Part shown: one piece after another, positions 54,357-63,317 of the stretch
Numbering within the stretch: the stretch's first letter is position 1
How the letters are laid out: each line of letters opens with the position of its first letter
Source: Anaerolineales bacterium
Lineage (GTDB): Bacteria > Chloroflexota > Anaerolineae > Anaerolineales > Villigracilaceae
Length of the DNA: 64,000 nt
Direction: 5' to 3'
Assembly (NCBI GenBank): GCA_046328875.1
Contig: JAXLVS010000001.1
Location: 2,513,315-2,577,314, forward strand
Program-made: the position numbers and the translations under genes
Notes under the pieces: generated by a model
What the model was told of the DNA's origin: nothing
Databases searched by the model: none
What the model saw: the letters and a program-made list of their open reading frames with translations, nothing else

Positions 54357-55745
54357 ATGGAAGCAAATGAAATTTTAGCAAAAGCAGAAGCATTAAGAAA
54401 CGGCCTCTCCACGGGATTCCGCGACGAAATCGTAAAATCACTTTACACAGAAGCAGAGACCATCGCAAGACGAGCCGTAAAAACCGCTTCAGATAAAAAA
54501 TATGATTTTGACCAAAAAATAGACCGCCTCGTCACTTCGCCTTATGCGGGACTGCCCATTATGTTGCTCTTGCTCGGCCTCGTTATCTGGCTGACAGTCT
54601 CAGGCGCCAACGTGGTTTCAAACTGGATCGCCATCGTGCTGTTCGGCATTGGTGACTATGGACGAGCGCTCTTCAACCAGATCGGTATGCCGTGGTGGAT
54701 CACAGGCTTCGTTTGGGATGGTGTGTATCTTGGGCTTGCGTGGGTTGTCAGTGTGATGCTGCCGCCGATGATGATCTTCTTCCCAGCTTTCACATTTTTG
54801 GAAGACCTCGGCTATCTGCCACGTGTGGCGTTCAATATGGATTGGCTATTCAAGAAAACAGGTGCGCATGGCAAACAATCTTTGACGATGGCAATGGGAT
54901 TTGGATGCAACGCAGCAGGTGTGATCGCGACTCGCGTGATCGACTCTCCACGTGAACGATTGATCGCCATCCTGACCAATAACTTTGTCCCATGCAATGG
55001 GCGCTTCCCAACTTTGATTATGCTTGCTACTGTTTTCGTGGCAGCGTCCTTCCCCCCAGCATTGACCTCTTTCGTAGCCGCTGGGACAGTTGTCGGCGTT
55101 GTGTTGATCGGTGTGATGTTCACATTTCTCGCGTCGTGGGTATTATCCAAAACTGTCTTGAAAGGCGAAGCATCCGCCTTCACATTGGAACTACCTCCCT
55201 ACCGCAGACCCAACGTCAGCCGCATACTGTATACATCCATCATTGACCGTACCATCTTCGTACTGTGGCGCGCCATGCAAACTGCCGCTCCTGCGGGCGC
55301 GATCATTTGGATCCTTGCGAACATCCACATTGGAGACTCAAATCTTGCACGTGCAATCGCAGATTGGCTCAATCCCTTTGGCTTGCTGCTCGGATTAGAC
55401 GGCGTGATCCTTTTAGCATACATCATCGCCATTCCTGCAAATGAAATTGTCGTCCCGACCATGATGATGGTGTACATGGGCGCTGGCATGATGGTTAATG
55501 GGCCAACTTCAAACCATGCGATCTTTGACTTGCTTGTCAACGGCAATGGCTGGACCATGCTTACAGCAGTCAATTTGATGTTGTTCGCGCTGCTGCACAA
55601 TCCGTGCGCCACAACGATCATGACGATTTACAAAGAAACCAAATCACTCAAGTGGGCGACATTAAGCGTTGTAATGACTTTAGGAACTGCATTTTTAGTT
55701 ACATTCTTAACTGCAAGTGTCGCAAGATTGTTAGGTTGGGCATAA
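54357..55745 (+). CDS. feoB: FeoB membrane (Gate) domain (split gene)
   Basis: LEDLGYLPRVAF, MGFGCNA, PCNGR, LELPPYRRP, PANE, PCATT. Confidence 0.88.
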   Translation: MEANEILAKAEALRNGLSTGFRDEIVKSLYTEAETIARRAVKTASDKKYDFDQKIDRLVTSPYAGLPIMLLLLGLVIWLTVSGANVVSNWIAIVLFGIGDYGRALFNQIGMPWWITGFVWDGVYLGLAWVVSVMLPPMMIFFPAFTFLEDLGYLPRVAFNMDWLFKKTGAHGKQSLTMAMGFGCNAAGVIATRVIDSPRERLIAILTNNFVPCNGRFPTLIMLATVFVAASFPPALTSFVAAGTVVGVVLIGVMFTFLASWVLSKTVLKGEASAFTLELPPYRRPNVSRILYTSIIDRTIFVLWRAMQTAAPAGAIIWILANIHIGDSNLARAIADWLNPFGLLLGLDGVILLAYIIAIPANEIVVPTMMMVYMGAGMMVNGPTSNHAIFDLLVNGNGWTMLTAVNLMLFALLHNPCATTIMTIYKETKSLKWATLSVVMTLGTAFLVTFLTASVARLLGWA

Positions 55746-55757
55746 TAGCAAGACAAA

Positions 55758-55801
55758 AACTAACAGTCTTTGTGACTTGAAATTGCACGAGACTGTTAGT
55801 T
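55758..55801. repeat. Intergenic inverted repeat between feoB and the oxidase gene
   Basis: AACTAACAGTCT-20 nt-AGACTGTTAGTT. Confidence 0.55.
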
Positions 55802-55831
55802 CAAATTTATTAGTTACATTTAGAGGTGATT

Positions 55832-56872
55832 ATGAAGAACAAATTTTCAAGAAGAGATCTTATCAAATTAGGTGGGTTTGGAATTTTAACAGCGGCGGGA
55901 AGCGTGGCTCTCACAAACCTCACACCCGCCGAAAAGGCAGACCACAAATCACATTTATTACAAACTCCCACTCCAATGGATCATGGAGTTCTGCCTGGAA
56001 CAGGAGATGTGAACCATGAAAGAAATGGCTTCAACCCAGGCGAGACTCTTTATGACTTTGACTATGGTTCTGTTTCAACACTCCCCAACGGCCAAACCTT
56101 GCGTGAGTATGAAATCGTCACGGTCAATAAAAATATTGAAGTAGTTCCAGGGATTGATTTCATCGCATGGACATATAACGGACGCATCCCAGGTCCCACG
56201 ATTCGTGCCACCGAAGGCGACCGAATTCGCATCCACTTCAAGAATGGGAGCGACCATCCGCACTCCATGCACTTTCATGGATTTCACCCCGGTGAAATGG
56301 ATGGCGTGCCAGGCACAGGTCCCGGGGGAATGGTGAACCCAGGCGAAGAGTTTATTTATGAATTCGATGCGGAACCGTTCGGGCTGCATTTGTATCATTG
56401 CCATGTTTTCCCATTAGCACGCCACATCGCTAAAGGACTTTACGGCGCGTTCATCGTTGACCCAAAAGATGGCCGCCCGCCTGTAGACAAGGAAATGGTC
56501 ATGGTCATGAACGGGATTGATATAGACTTTGACAACGTGAACGACTTCTATGCAGTTAATGGAATTCCTTTTTATTATCAAAACCATCCCATTCAAATCA
56601 AAGTCGGTGAAACAGTTCGTATTTATCTCGTCAACATTCTTGAATTCGATATCATAAACTCCTTTCATCTCCACGCGAATTTCTTTCACTACTATCCTAC
56701 GGGCACCAGCCTAACGCCATCAGATTTTACAGATACTATCATTCAAGGTCAGGCACAACGTGGCATTCTGGAATTCAGCTACAAACATCCTGGCATGTAT
56801 ATGTTCCACGCTCATGTGACCGAGTTCGCAGAACTCGGCTGGAACGGTATGTTTGAAGTGCTTCCAGCGTAA
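55832..56872 (+). CDS. Tat-exported two-domain multicopper oxidase (type C pattern)
   Basis: SRRDLIK Tat signal; HSMHFHG, YHCHV..RHIAKGL in domain 1; NSFHLHAN, MFHAH in domain 2 (no T1 Cys). Confidence 0.88.
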   Translation: MKNKFSRRDLIKLGGFGILTAAGSVALTNLTPAEKADHKSHLLQTPTPMDHGVLPGTGDVNHERNGFNPGETLYDFDYGSVSTLPNGQTLREYEIVTVNKNIEVVPGIDFIAWTYNGRIPGPTIRATEGDRIRIHFKNGSDHPHSMHFHGFHPGEMDGVPGTGPGGMVNPGEEFIYEFDAEPFGLHLYHCHVFPLARHIAKGLYGAFIVDPKDGRPPVDKEMVMVMNGIDIDFDNVNDFYAVNGIPFYYQNHPIQIKVGETVRIYLVNILEFDIINSFHLHANFFHYYPTGTSLTPSDFTDTIIQGQAQRGILEFSYKHPGMYMFHAHVTEFAELGWNGMFEVLPA

Positions 56873-56876
56873 GGAG

Positions 56877-58076
56877 ATGCCGACAATGACCGAACAATCA
56901 TCCGTTACGACAAAGAGCCGCTTCACTTATCAGACCCTTATACTGCTTCTGATCCCAATCATTCTCCTCGCTGGAGTTATTGTCCTCTTTCTAAAAACAG
57001 GCGGTGGACTTGAGCTCCACTCTCCTGCGCCTATTGAAAACCTGACGATCGAAAGATATCACCTTGAGCGGGGACATATTGAATTGCACGTTCAAAATAA
57101 CGGCCCCGCTCCATTGACCATTGCGCAAGTCATCGTCAATGATGCAGTCATGCCATTCGAAGTTTCTCCTAACGCCACCATTCCCCGACTCGGCAAAGCG
57201 TTCATCATGATCAACTACGCGTGGACTGCAGGCGAAGCATACGGCGTGCGTATCTTCACCAGTAACGCCATTCCATTTGATGTGGCAATCCCTGTCGCAT
57301 TTGCAACACCTGCGCCAGAAACAAAGACTTTCTGGGGCTTCACTCTTATCGGTCTATACGTTGGCGTCATCCCGATATTCCTTGGGATTTTCTGGCTTCC
57401 AGCACTTCGAGCCCTTGGCAAACAGTGGATGACCTTTCTGATGGCCGTGACAACAGGCCTGCTGCTATTCCTTGGCATAGACACTCTTGTAGAGGCGCTA
57501 GATCAAGCGAAAGATGTTCCTTCTACATTCCAAGGGATTGGGCTGATTGGCATTGGTGTAGTTGCCACTTACTTGCTTCTTGATATGATCGGCAACTTAA
57601 AATCTTCTGACCGATCCGAAGTGTCCCAACGACTCAATATTGCATGGAGAATTGCATTGGGTATTGGTGTCCACAACCTTGGCGAAGGTCTTGCAATTGG
57701 CGCAGCTTACAACGTAGGAGAAATTTCTTTAGGCACGTTCCTTGTAGTTGGCTTCATCATTCAAAACATCACCGAAGGGCTTGGCATCATCTCCCCCATC
57801 TTGCGTGATCGACCAAATATTCGCCAACTCGCGTTGTTGGGCTTGCTTGGTGGTGGTCCAGCCGTCCTCGGCGCATGGATCGGCGGATACACGCCCTCAC
57901 CCTTTCTTGCAGTCCTTTTCCTAGCAGTTGGCACTGGTGCCATCTTCCAAGTGGCGGTTGAAATCGCAAAGATGATCCAGAAAGACAACGCAAAACAACC
58001 CATGCCAGGGTTTATCTTTAGTGGTGTAGTTACTGGTATGTGTCTGCTTTGGGTGACAGGTCTACTGATTAAATAG
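56877..58076 (+). CDS. ZIP-family metal transporter with extracytoplasmic Ig-like N-terminal domain
   Basis: GIGVHNLGEGLAIG, IQNITEGLGI; N-terminal TM plus a beta-rich domain. Confidence 0.8.
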   Translation: MPTMTEQSSVTTKSRFTYQTLILLLIPIILLAGVIVLFLKTGGGLELHSPAPIENLTIERYHLERGHIELHVQNNGPAPLTIAQVIVNDAVMPFEVSPNATIPRLGKAFIMINYAWTAGEAYGVRIFTSNAIPFDVAIPVAFATPAPETKTFWGFTLIGLYVGVIPIFLGIFWLPALRALGKQWMTFLMAVTTGLLLFLGIDTLVEALDQAKDVPSTFQGIGLIGIGVVATYLLLDMIGNLKSSDRSEVSQRLNIAWRIALGIGVHNLGEGLAIGAAYNVGEISLGTFLVVGFIIQNITEGLGIISPILRDRPNIRQLALLGLLGGGPAVLGAWIGGYTPSPFLAVLFLAVGTGAIFQVAVEIAKMIQKDNAKQPMPGFIFSGVVTGMCLLWVTGLLIK

Positions 58077-58096
58077 TGTTTTCATTGGAAAAAGAA

Positions 58097-58633
58097 ATGA
58101 AACAAAACACGCTCACAAAAATTCTGATAGCCTTGAGTGCCGTGATGACAATTCTTGCGGGAATAATCCATCTATGGGTCGTACCCGAGCATTTGGAACA
58201 CGCTCCCGCTCATGGAATATTCTTCCTGATCGTAAGCATTGCTCAGATTACCTGGAGCATTTTTGTCTGGCGGAAACCATCCGAAACATTGTATTACATA
58301 GGTGCTTTGATGTCAGGCTGGTTGATCGTCCTATATGCAATCACGCGCTTGTTTCCACCACCTTTCAGCGATGGTTGGCCTGAAATAGTAGATTTGATAG
58401 GACTGGTATGCGAGCTATTTGAGTTTATGGCCATGTTCACTCTGCTTATTCTTATCTTTCGCAGCCAAGCCCAAAAGACAGGTTACTTTATTGCCTTGCT
58501 AATCGCCGTGCTAATTGTGCTGCTCTCTTTTGCATCAAGCGTAGCCACATACCGCATAGCACGCGCGTCCGAACCGCTCTTCCCCTGGCTCTCAAGCACA
58601 GGCGAAGAGGTGCATCACGATGGAAGTCATTAG
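58097..58633 (+). CDS. His-containing multi-pass membrane protein
   Basis: GIIHLWVVPEHLEHAPAHGIFF; C-terminal VHHDGSH. Confidence 0.6.
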   Translation: MKQNTLTKILIALSAVMTILAGIIHLWVVPEHLEHAPAHGIFFLIVSIAQITWSIFVWRKPSETLYYIGALMSGWLIVLYAITRLFPPPFSDGWPEIVDLIGLVCELFEFMAMFTLLILIFRSQAQKTGYFIALLIAVLIVLLSFASSVATYRIARASEPLFPWLSSTGEEVHHDGSH

Positions 58634-58654
58634 GAATATTCAAGTATCTTATGT

Positions 58655-58685
58655 AAATTTGGCGCTGGTACCCAGCGCCAAATTT
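58655..58685 (+). terminator. Terminator ending the DtxR operon
   Basis: AAATTTGGCGCTGG..CCAGCGCCAAATTT followed by T-rich sequence. Confidence 0.75.
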
Positions 58686-58708
58686 TTATTTAATACAAAA
58701 TTCAACTA

Positions 58709-58757
58709 TTGACGATTCATATCTTTTCAAGTAATATATGAACAGTTGCTCATATAT
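58709..58757 (+). promoter_or_regulatory. Promoter with overlapping SmtB/CzrA-type operator
   Basis: TTGACG-17-TAATAT; inverted repeat ATATATGAACA-GT-TGCTCATATAT at 58734-58757. Confidence 0.75.
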
Positions 58758-58766
58758 TCATATGTC

Positions 58767-59057
58767 ATGAAACTTACTGAACTTAAAGCCATCCAACTTG
58801 CTGAACTATTCAGCGCCCTCAGCGATGCCAGCCGTGTACGCATCATTTCCCTTCTTATGGAAGGTGAAAAGAGCGTCAGTTCCCTGGCCGAAGACCTCAA
58901 AATGACCGAGTCTGCTGTCTCGCATCAGCTACGCGGGTTGCGACAAATGCATCTCGTGCGCGCGAGAAAATCTGGCAGGCAGGTTTTTTATTCTTTGGAT
59001 GATGACCATGTCTCACGATTATTCTCACTTGGCCTCGATCATGTTCAGCACGGATAA
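58767..59057 (+). CDS. ArsR/SmtB repressor with alpha5 Zn/Co site
   Basis: ALSDASRVRI, SAVSHQLRGLR; DxH-x10-H-x2-H pattern in DDHVSRLFSLGLDHVQH. Confidence 0.9.
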   Translation: MKLTELKAIQLAELFSALSDASRVRIISLLMEGEKSVSSLAEDLKMTESAVSHQLRGLRQMHLVRARKSGRQVFYSLDDDHVSRLFSLGLDHVQHG

Positions 59058-59063
59058 ACAAGA

Positions 59064-59654
59064 ATGCAAATCTTTCTCATTACCTACTTAATTTTATTTT
59101 TAGGGTTGGCAATGATCTTGCCATCCTATCGTGTTTGGAAAACAACAGGCGTCAATCCTTACAAGCTCGGCAAATCCGAGTCCGCGCATGATTACATCGG
59201 TGTCCTCTTTCGCTTCGCCTTGGTCGCCATTGCTCTTGTTGTGGCATTATTTGTCTTTCTGCCAAACTTGTACAAATATCTCGTGCCAATCTCTTATTTG
59301 AGCAGTGGAATACTTATCAGCCTAGGCGAGATTTTATTGATCATTGCAATCGTATGGGTGCTCATCGCTCAAATCAATATGCAAAAATCCTGGCGCATTG
59401 GCATCGACGAAGATGTAAAAACTCCATTGATCCAAAATGGACTCTATAAGTTTTCACGAAATCCGATCTTTTTAGGAATGCGAGTCATGTTATTGGGCAT
59501 TTTTCTTATCCTTCCAAGTGCAGCCACCCTTGTCATTCTCGTCGTTGGTGACTTGCTTATCCAAATTCAAGTCCGCCTCGAAGAGGAATTTCTAAGCCGT
59601 TCCCACGGTACACTCTACCGCACATATCAAAAACAAGTTCGCCGCTGGATATAA
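59064..59654 (+). CDS. ICMT/PEMT-family membrane methyltransferase
   Basis: SWRIGID, GLYKFSRNPIFLG, EEEFL..HG..YRTY. Confidence 0.85.
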   Translation: MQIFLITYLILFLGLAMILPSYRVWKTTGVNPYKLGKSESAHDYIGVLFRFALVAIALVVALFVFLPNLYKYLVPISYLSSGILISLGEILLIIAIVWVLIAQINMQKSWRIGIDEDVKTPLIQNGLYKFSRNPIFLGMRVMLLGIFLILPSAATLVILVVGDLLIQIQVRLEEEFLSRSHGTLYRTYQKQVRRWI

Positions 59655-59657
59655 ACT

Positions 59658-60602
59658 ATGCACAATCATACTCATTCACACATTGGCGACCTCGCTAACC
59701 AAACCACCAAACGGCTCATGCTGTCCCTCTCGCTTACCGCAGGCTTTGTGCTTGTGGAAGTCATTGCAGGCATATTCGGAAACAGCCTCGCGCTGCTTAC
59801 AGATGCCGCGCACAACTTTACTGATGTGATTGCGCTTGGGTTAAGTTGGTACGCGCTGAGGCTTGCCACCAAACCTGCCAACGCAGGCAAAACGTTTGGC
59901 TATCATCGCGTTGGGATTCTCGTCGCGTTGGTCAACTCCACAACACTGATTTTGATCGCACTTGGGATCTTCTATGAAGCCTATCGCCGCTTCCTTGCCC
60001 CGCCCGAAGTTGATTCAGTTATTCTGATAGGAGTCGGCACTTTAGCATTTTTCATCAATGCTGGTACTGCATGGCTTGTTCAAAAAGGAAGTGAACATGA
60101 CCTCAACTTACGCAGTACCTTCCTGCACTTGATGGGAGATGTCATGTCCACGCTGGGAGCTGTAATCGCAGGTGTAATCATTTATTTCACCCAATGGAAC
60201 TGGCTCGACCCGCTTGTCAGTGTATTGATCGGCGGATTCATTCTGTGGAACGCATGGAGCATCCTACGGCAATCCATCCACATTTTGTTGGAAAGCACCC
60301 CAGAAAATATTGATATGCAGGAAATGGTGACAAAGATCGAAACCGTGGAAGGCGTGCGTGGAGTTCATGATTTGCATGTCTGGAGTATCAATGAAAACCT
60401 GCGCATGCTTTCCGCTCATGTCGTTACAGATGACATCTCCATAAGAGACTGCACATCTATTCAACAAAACATCAACGAATTACTTGCACATGGCTACGAT
60501 ATCCAACATGCTACTTTACAGATCGAATGCGAAGGATGTGCGCATGGTTTGCTCTACTGCGATTTTGATGAAAGAAGACATCAGCACCACATTGAAGTCT
60601 GA
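59658..60602 (+). CDS. czcD: Cation diffusion facilitator (Zn/Co/Cd efflux)
   Basis: His-rich N-terminus; LLTDAAHNFTD, FLHLMGD, VHDLHVW, HATLQIE. Confidence 0.92.
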   Translation: MHNHTHSHIGDLANQTTKRLMLSLSLTAGFVLVEVIAGIFGNSLALLTDAAHNFTDVIALGLSWYALRLATKPANAGKTFGYHRVGILVALVNSTTLILIALGIFYEAYRRFLAPPEVDSVILIGVGTLAFFINAGTAWLVQKGSEHDLNLRSTFLHLMGDVMSTLGAVIAGVIIYFTQWNWLDPLVSVLIGGFILWNAWSILRQSIHILLESTPENIDMQEMVTKIETVEGVRGVHDLHVWSINENLRMLSAHVVTDDISIRDCTSIQQNINELLAHGYDIQHATLQIECEGCAHGLLYCDFDERRHQHHIEV

Positions 60603-60606
60603 TATT

Positions 60607-61020
60607 ATGCCTATCTCTTCTGTTTACGCAAAGACCATAAACGTCCCAAACTCTGCCATTGACGAGAATGGACATGTTAACAACGTGACCTATGTGCAGT
60701 GGATGCAGGACATCGCTGTGGAACATTATGCATCCATTGGTGGTATTGAAGCTCAAGGGCCAGAGGCTACCTGGGTGGTACGCGAACACAAGATCGAATA
60801 TCTTTTACCCGCATTCGAAAATGAAGAAATTGAGATCAAAACATGGGTAGAGAATGTCCGCCGAGTTCGGTCTCTCAGAAAGTACGAATTCATCCGCAAA
60901 GTGGATGGCAAAACGCTAGTACGTGGTGAAACCGATTGGGTGTTTTTGGATATAAAAACAGGCAGTCCGCGGGCAGTTACGGAACGAGTGATAAATGCAT
61001 TCTCCACCAGTCAGGATTAA
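60607..61020 (+). CDS. Acyl-CoA/acyl-ACP thioesterase (hotdog fold)
   Basis: IDENGHVNNVTY, WVVREHKIEY, ETDWVF. Confidence 0.88.
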   Translation: MPISSVYAKTINVPNSAIDENGHVNNVTYVQWMQDIAVEHYASIGGIEAQGPEATWVVREHKIEYLLPAFENEEIEIKTWVENVRRVRSLRKYEFIRKVDGKTLVRGETDWVFLDIKTGSPRAVTERVINAFSTSQD

Positions 61021-61023
61021 ATA

Positions 61024-62043
61024 TCATCCTTCAGGTGTCGGGGCCATATTTACAGCAGGCAGTAATTCAAAATAATAGCGAAAATACGGCAAGTAGCCAG
61101 CAGTAAATTCAACTGGAGCTAGAAAATAGGAACTAACCCAATTCCCTTCCAAAGGCGCATACTTGTCTTCACTTTGATTACCCGATATCCTAACCCATTG
61201 ATTATCAATAGACCGCGCATCGATAATGACACAGTCTTGAATTTGCAATGTCCCTACAGCATTACAACTATTATTTGGACAAGTTCTAACATTCAGTCCA
61301 TATCGGTTAGTGACGCAATACAGACCTTTCTGCACACTTTCAGGAATATAGACTTGTAATTTCTCAAAATCGAGTGGACGGAATTGCTCCGCGGCCACCC
61401 AGCCAAGTTCGTGCTGACCATATTCTTCCTTCTCTTGATTTGGCGCAATTCTTATCCATGAATTATCTGGCATTCGATAATCAAATAACAAACAATCTGG
61501 ATTACTTAAATTATTCAAATTCTCAAGAATTGAATGCAGTGGATAATTTTCATTGGGACCATCCCTGACCATAATGCTATAAAAATTGGCGCAAAACAAT
61601 TCAGTTGATACTTCCACTGAAGAAGTTCCCGTGGGTAGAAGCGGAGTTGGAGTTTGTGTTTGATTGCTTGTAATAATGGTAGATAAAGACAAGGAAGTTG
61701 TGGGTGTAATAGTCGGTTCAGGAGGGATAGAAACCTGTTCAGTTATGCTTGGAGATGCTGTCATTTGGGCCAATTGTGTTTCTAAAAAAGATAGGGTGGG
61801 GTTTACTTCAGATGTTTCTTTCACTATAGTAGAAGATGTGGAACTTGGAGGGAAATATTGCAGAATAAAACCACCAACAATAAACAAGGCGCCCACAACC
61901 GCTAACTGGGTCGATTGCGCTGGGGTCAGTTGAATCTTCACTTTCTCCAAGGCTATATTTTTAATAATAGCAAGGAGAACCATTCCACCACCTATTAGCA
62001 AAGCAACAGCAGGGAAACCAGCCGCTTTAATGAAATCAATCAT
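61024..62043 (-). CDS. Membrane protein with S/T/P linker and two SH3b-like domains
   Basis: Two N-terminal TMs; MVRDGPNENY..WIRI and LNVRTCPNNSC..WVRI..WVSS. Confidence 0.65.
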   Translation of the reverse strand: MIDFIKAAGFPAVALLIGGGMVLLAIIKNIALEKVKIQLTPAQSTQLAVVGALFIVGGFILQYFPPSSTSSTIVKETSEVNPTLSFLETQLAQMTASPSITEQVSIPPEPTITPTTSLSLSTIITSNQTQTPTPLLPTGTSSVEVSTELFCANFYSIMVRDGPNENYPLHSILENLNNLSNPDCLLFDYRMPDNSWIRIAPNQEKEEYGQHELGWVAAEQFRPLDFEKLQVYIPESVQKGLYCVTNRYGLNVRTCPNNSCNAVGTLQIQDCVIIDARSIDNQWVRISGNQSEDKYAPLEGNWVSSYFLAPVEFTAGYLPYFRYYFELLPAVNMAPTPEG

Positions 62044-62113
62044 CCGAGTATTCCTCCTTATGGAGATTATACGCGCAAATATTTTGAAGAGCCCGTTTTA
62101 AAGCCTGCAAAAT

Positions 62114-63280
62114 TCATACTGATAGCAGCTTTTCATATACCTTTACCAGTTTTTTTTGCGATTCGTGCCATGTGAATTTTGCCAACGCTCTTTCAGAAGC
62201 CGAATTCGCCAATCGTTTCGAAAGCTCAAAGTCATTTAACAAAGCAAGGGTTTGGCGGGCAAGGTCATTAGGATCATTTGGAGAGAAGAGCAAGGCATCC
62301 ACATCTTCGTGGACAAGTTCGCGCACGATTGGCATATTTGAAGCCAACATCGGGCGGCCCGCAGCCATATATTCCAATAGCTTTATGGGACATGCCCCCT
62401 GAGTGACGTTCCTATCATTCAAACCGAGTGGCGCCACACAAATATCCGCCTCGGCGATCAAAGCAGGGACTTCATGGTGCGGCACCGCTGGCTGCACAGT
62501 GACATGATCTTCAACTCCTAATTTTCGAATTTGCTTGGCAAGCATTTTACGTTGGCGTGAACGTCCACGTCCAACGATCTGAAGACGAACTAACTGCTGT
62601 TCGAGAATTCGCGGCAGCGATTTAATGACAATTTCCAAGCCCTGCCAATCGGCAAGGGTGCCGATATATAGCAAAGTAGGAACGCGTTCACCACGGGGCG
62701 GCAATGGGGTTGCAGAAAAATCTGAAGGGCTGACCCCATTCGGGATAACAGTCACCAGCTTTCGGTTTAGTCCGAGCGAGGCGATATAGTCACGAGTCAC
62801 TCGAGAGGGGCAGATGATCGCGTCGCTTAAGTACAGAGTCGCAATTTCCTGTTCCTTTATTTTTGAAAGCAATTCAGAATCCAAGCCAGGGTAATGGTAC
62901 TTAAGCTCAATGGATGGAAGTCCATTCACTTCAAAAATCGTTTTATAGCCATACTTCCTTTTGTTCTGCGCGATCTGAAATCCATCCCAAATATTTCGAA
63001 AATGTACAACATCATAGTCATGATGGAGAGCAAGGTGAGAGGATATAGCCTTTCCAAAATGCACGGCACGGGCCAGAAAATTTTGCGAAAGATCCTGTGA
63101 AATGCGGGTGAGGCGCGCTCCATCAATAGTATCTTCGGGGGGGAGCAGTCCATCGTTTGGGGTGATAAGATGGACGTCAAATTGAGCGTTGACCAGTCCG
63201 CGAATATTGTGCAAAATATGGGTTGATGCGCCCTTTGGGCTTGGTACAATATCGAAGGCTGTATAGAGTATGTTTGGCAT
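62114..63280 (-). CDS. GT4 glycosyltransferase
   Basis: GASTHI, VIPNGV, YIGTLADWQG, CPIKLLEYMAAG; likely start MPNIL at 63280. Confidence 0.88.
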   Translation of the reverse strand: MPNILYTAFDIVPSPKGASTHILHNIRGLVNAQFDVHLITPNDGLLPPEDTIDGARLTRISQDLSQNFLARAVHFGKAISSHLALHHDYDVVHFRNIWDGFQIAQNKRKYGYKTIFEVNGLPSIELKYHYPGLDSELLSKIKEQEIATLYLSDAIICPSRVTRDYIASLGLNRKLVTVIPNGVSPSDFSATPLPPRGERVPTLLYIGTLADWQGLEIVIKSLPRILEQQLVRLQIVGRGRSRQRKMLAKQIRKLGVEDHVTVQPAVPHHEVPALIAEADICVAPLGLNDRNVTQGACPIKLLEYMAAGRPMLASNMPIVRELVHEDVDALLFSPNDPNDLARQTLALLNDFELSKRLANSASERALAKFTWHESQKKLVKVYEKLLSV

Positions 63281-63317
63281 TGCTCGAATTATATCGCTTG
63301 TCTTACTGGAGGATTGA

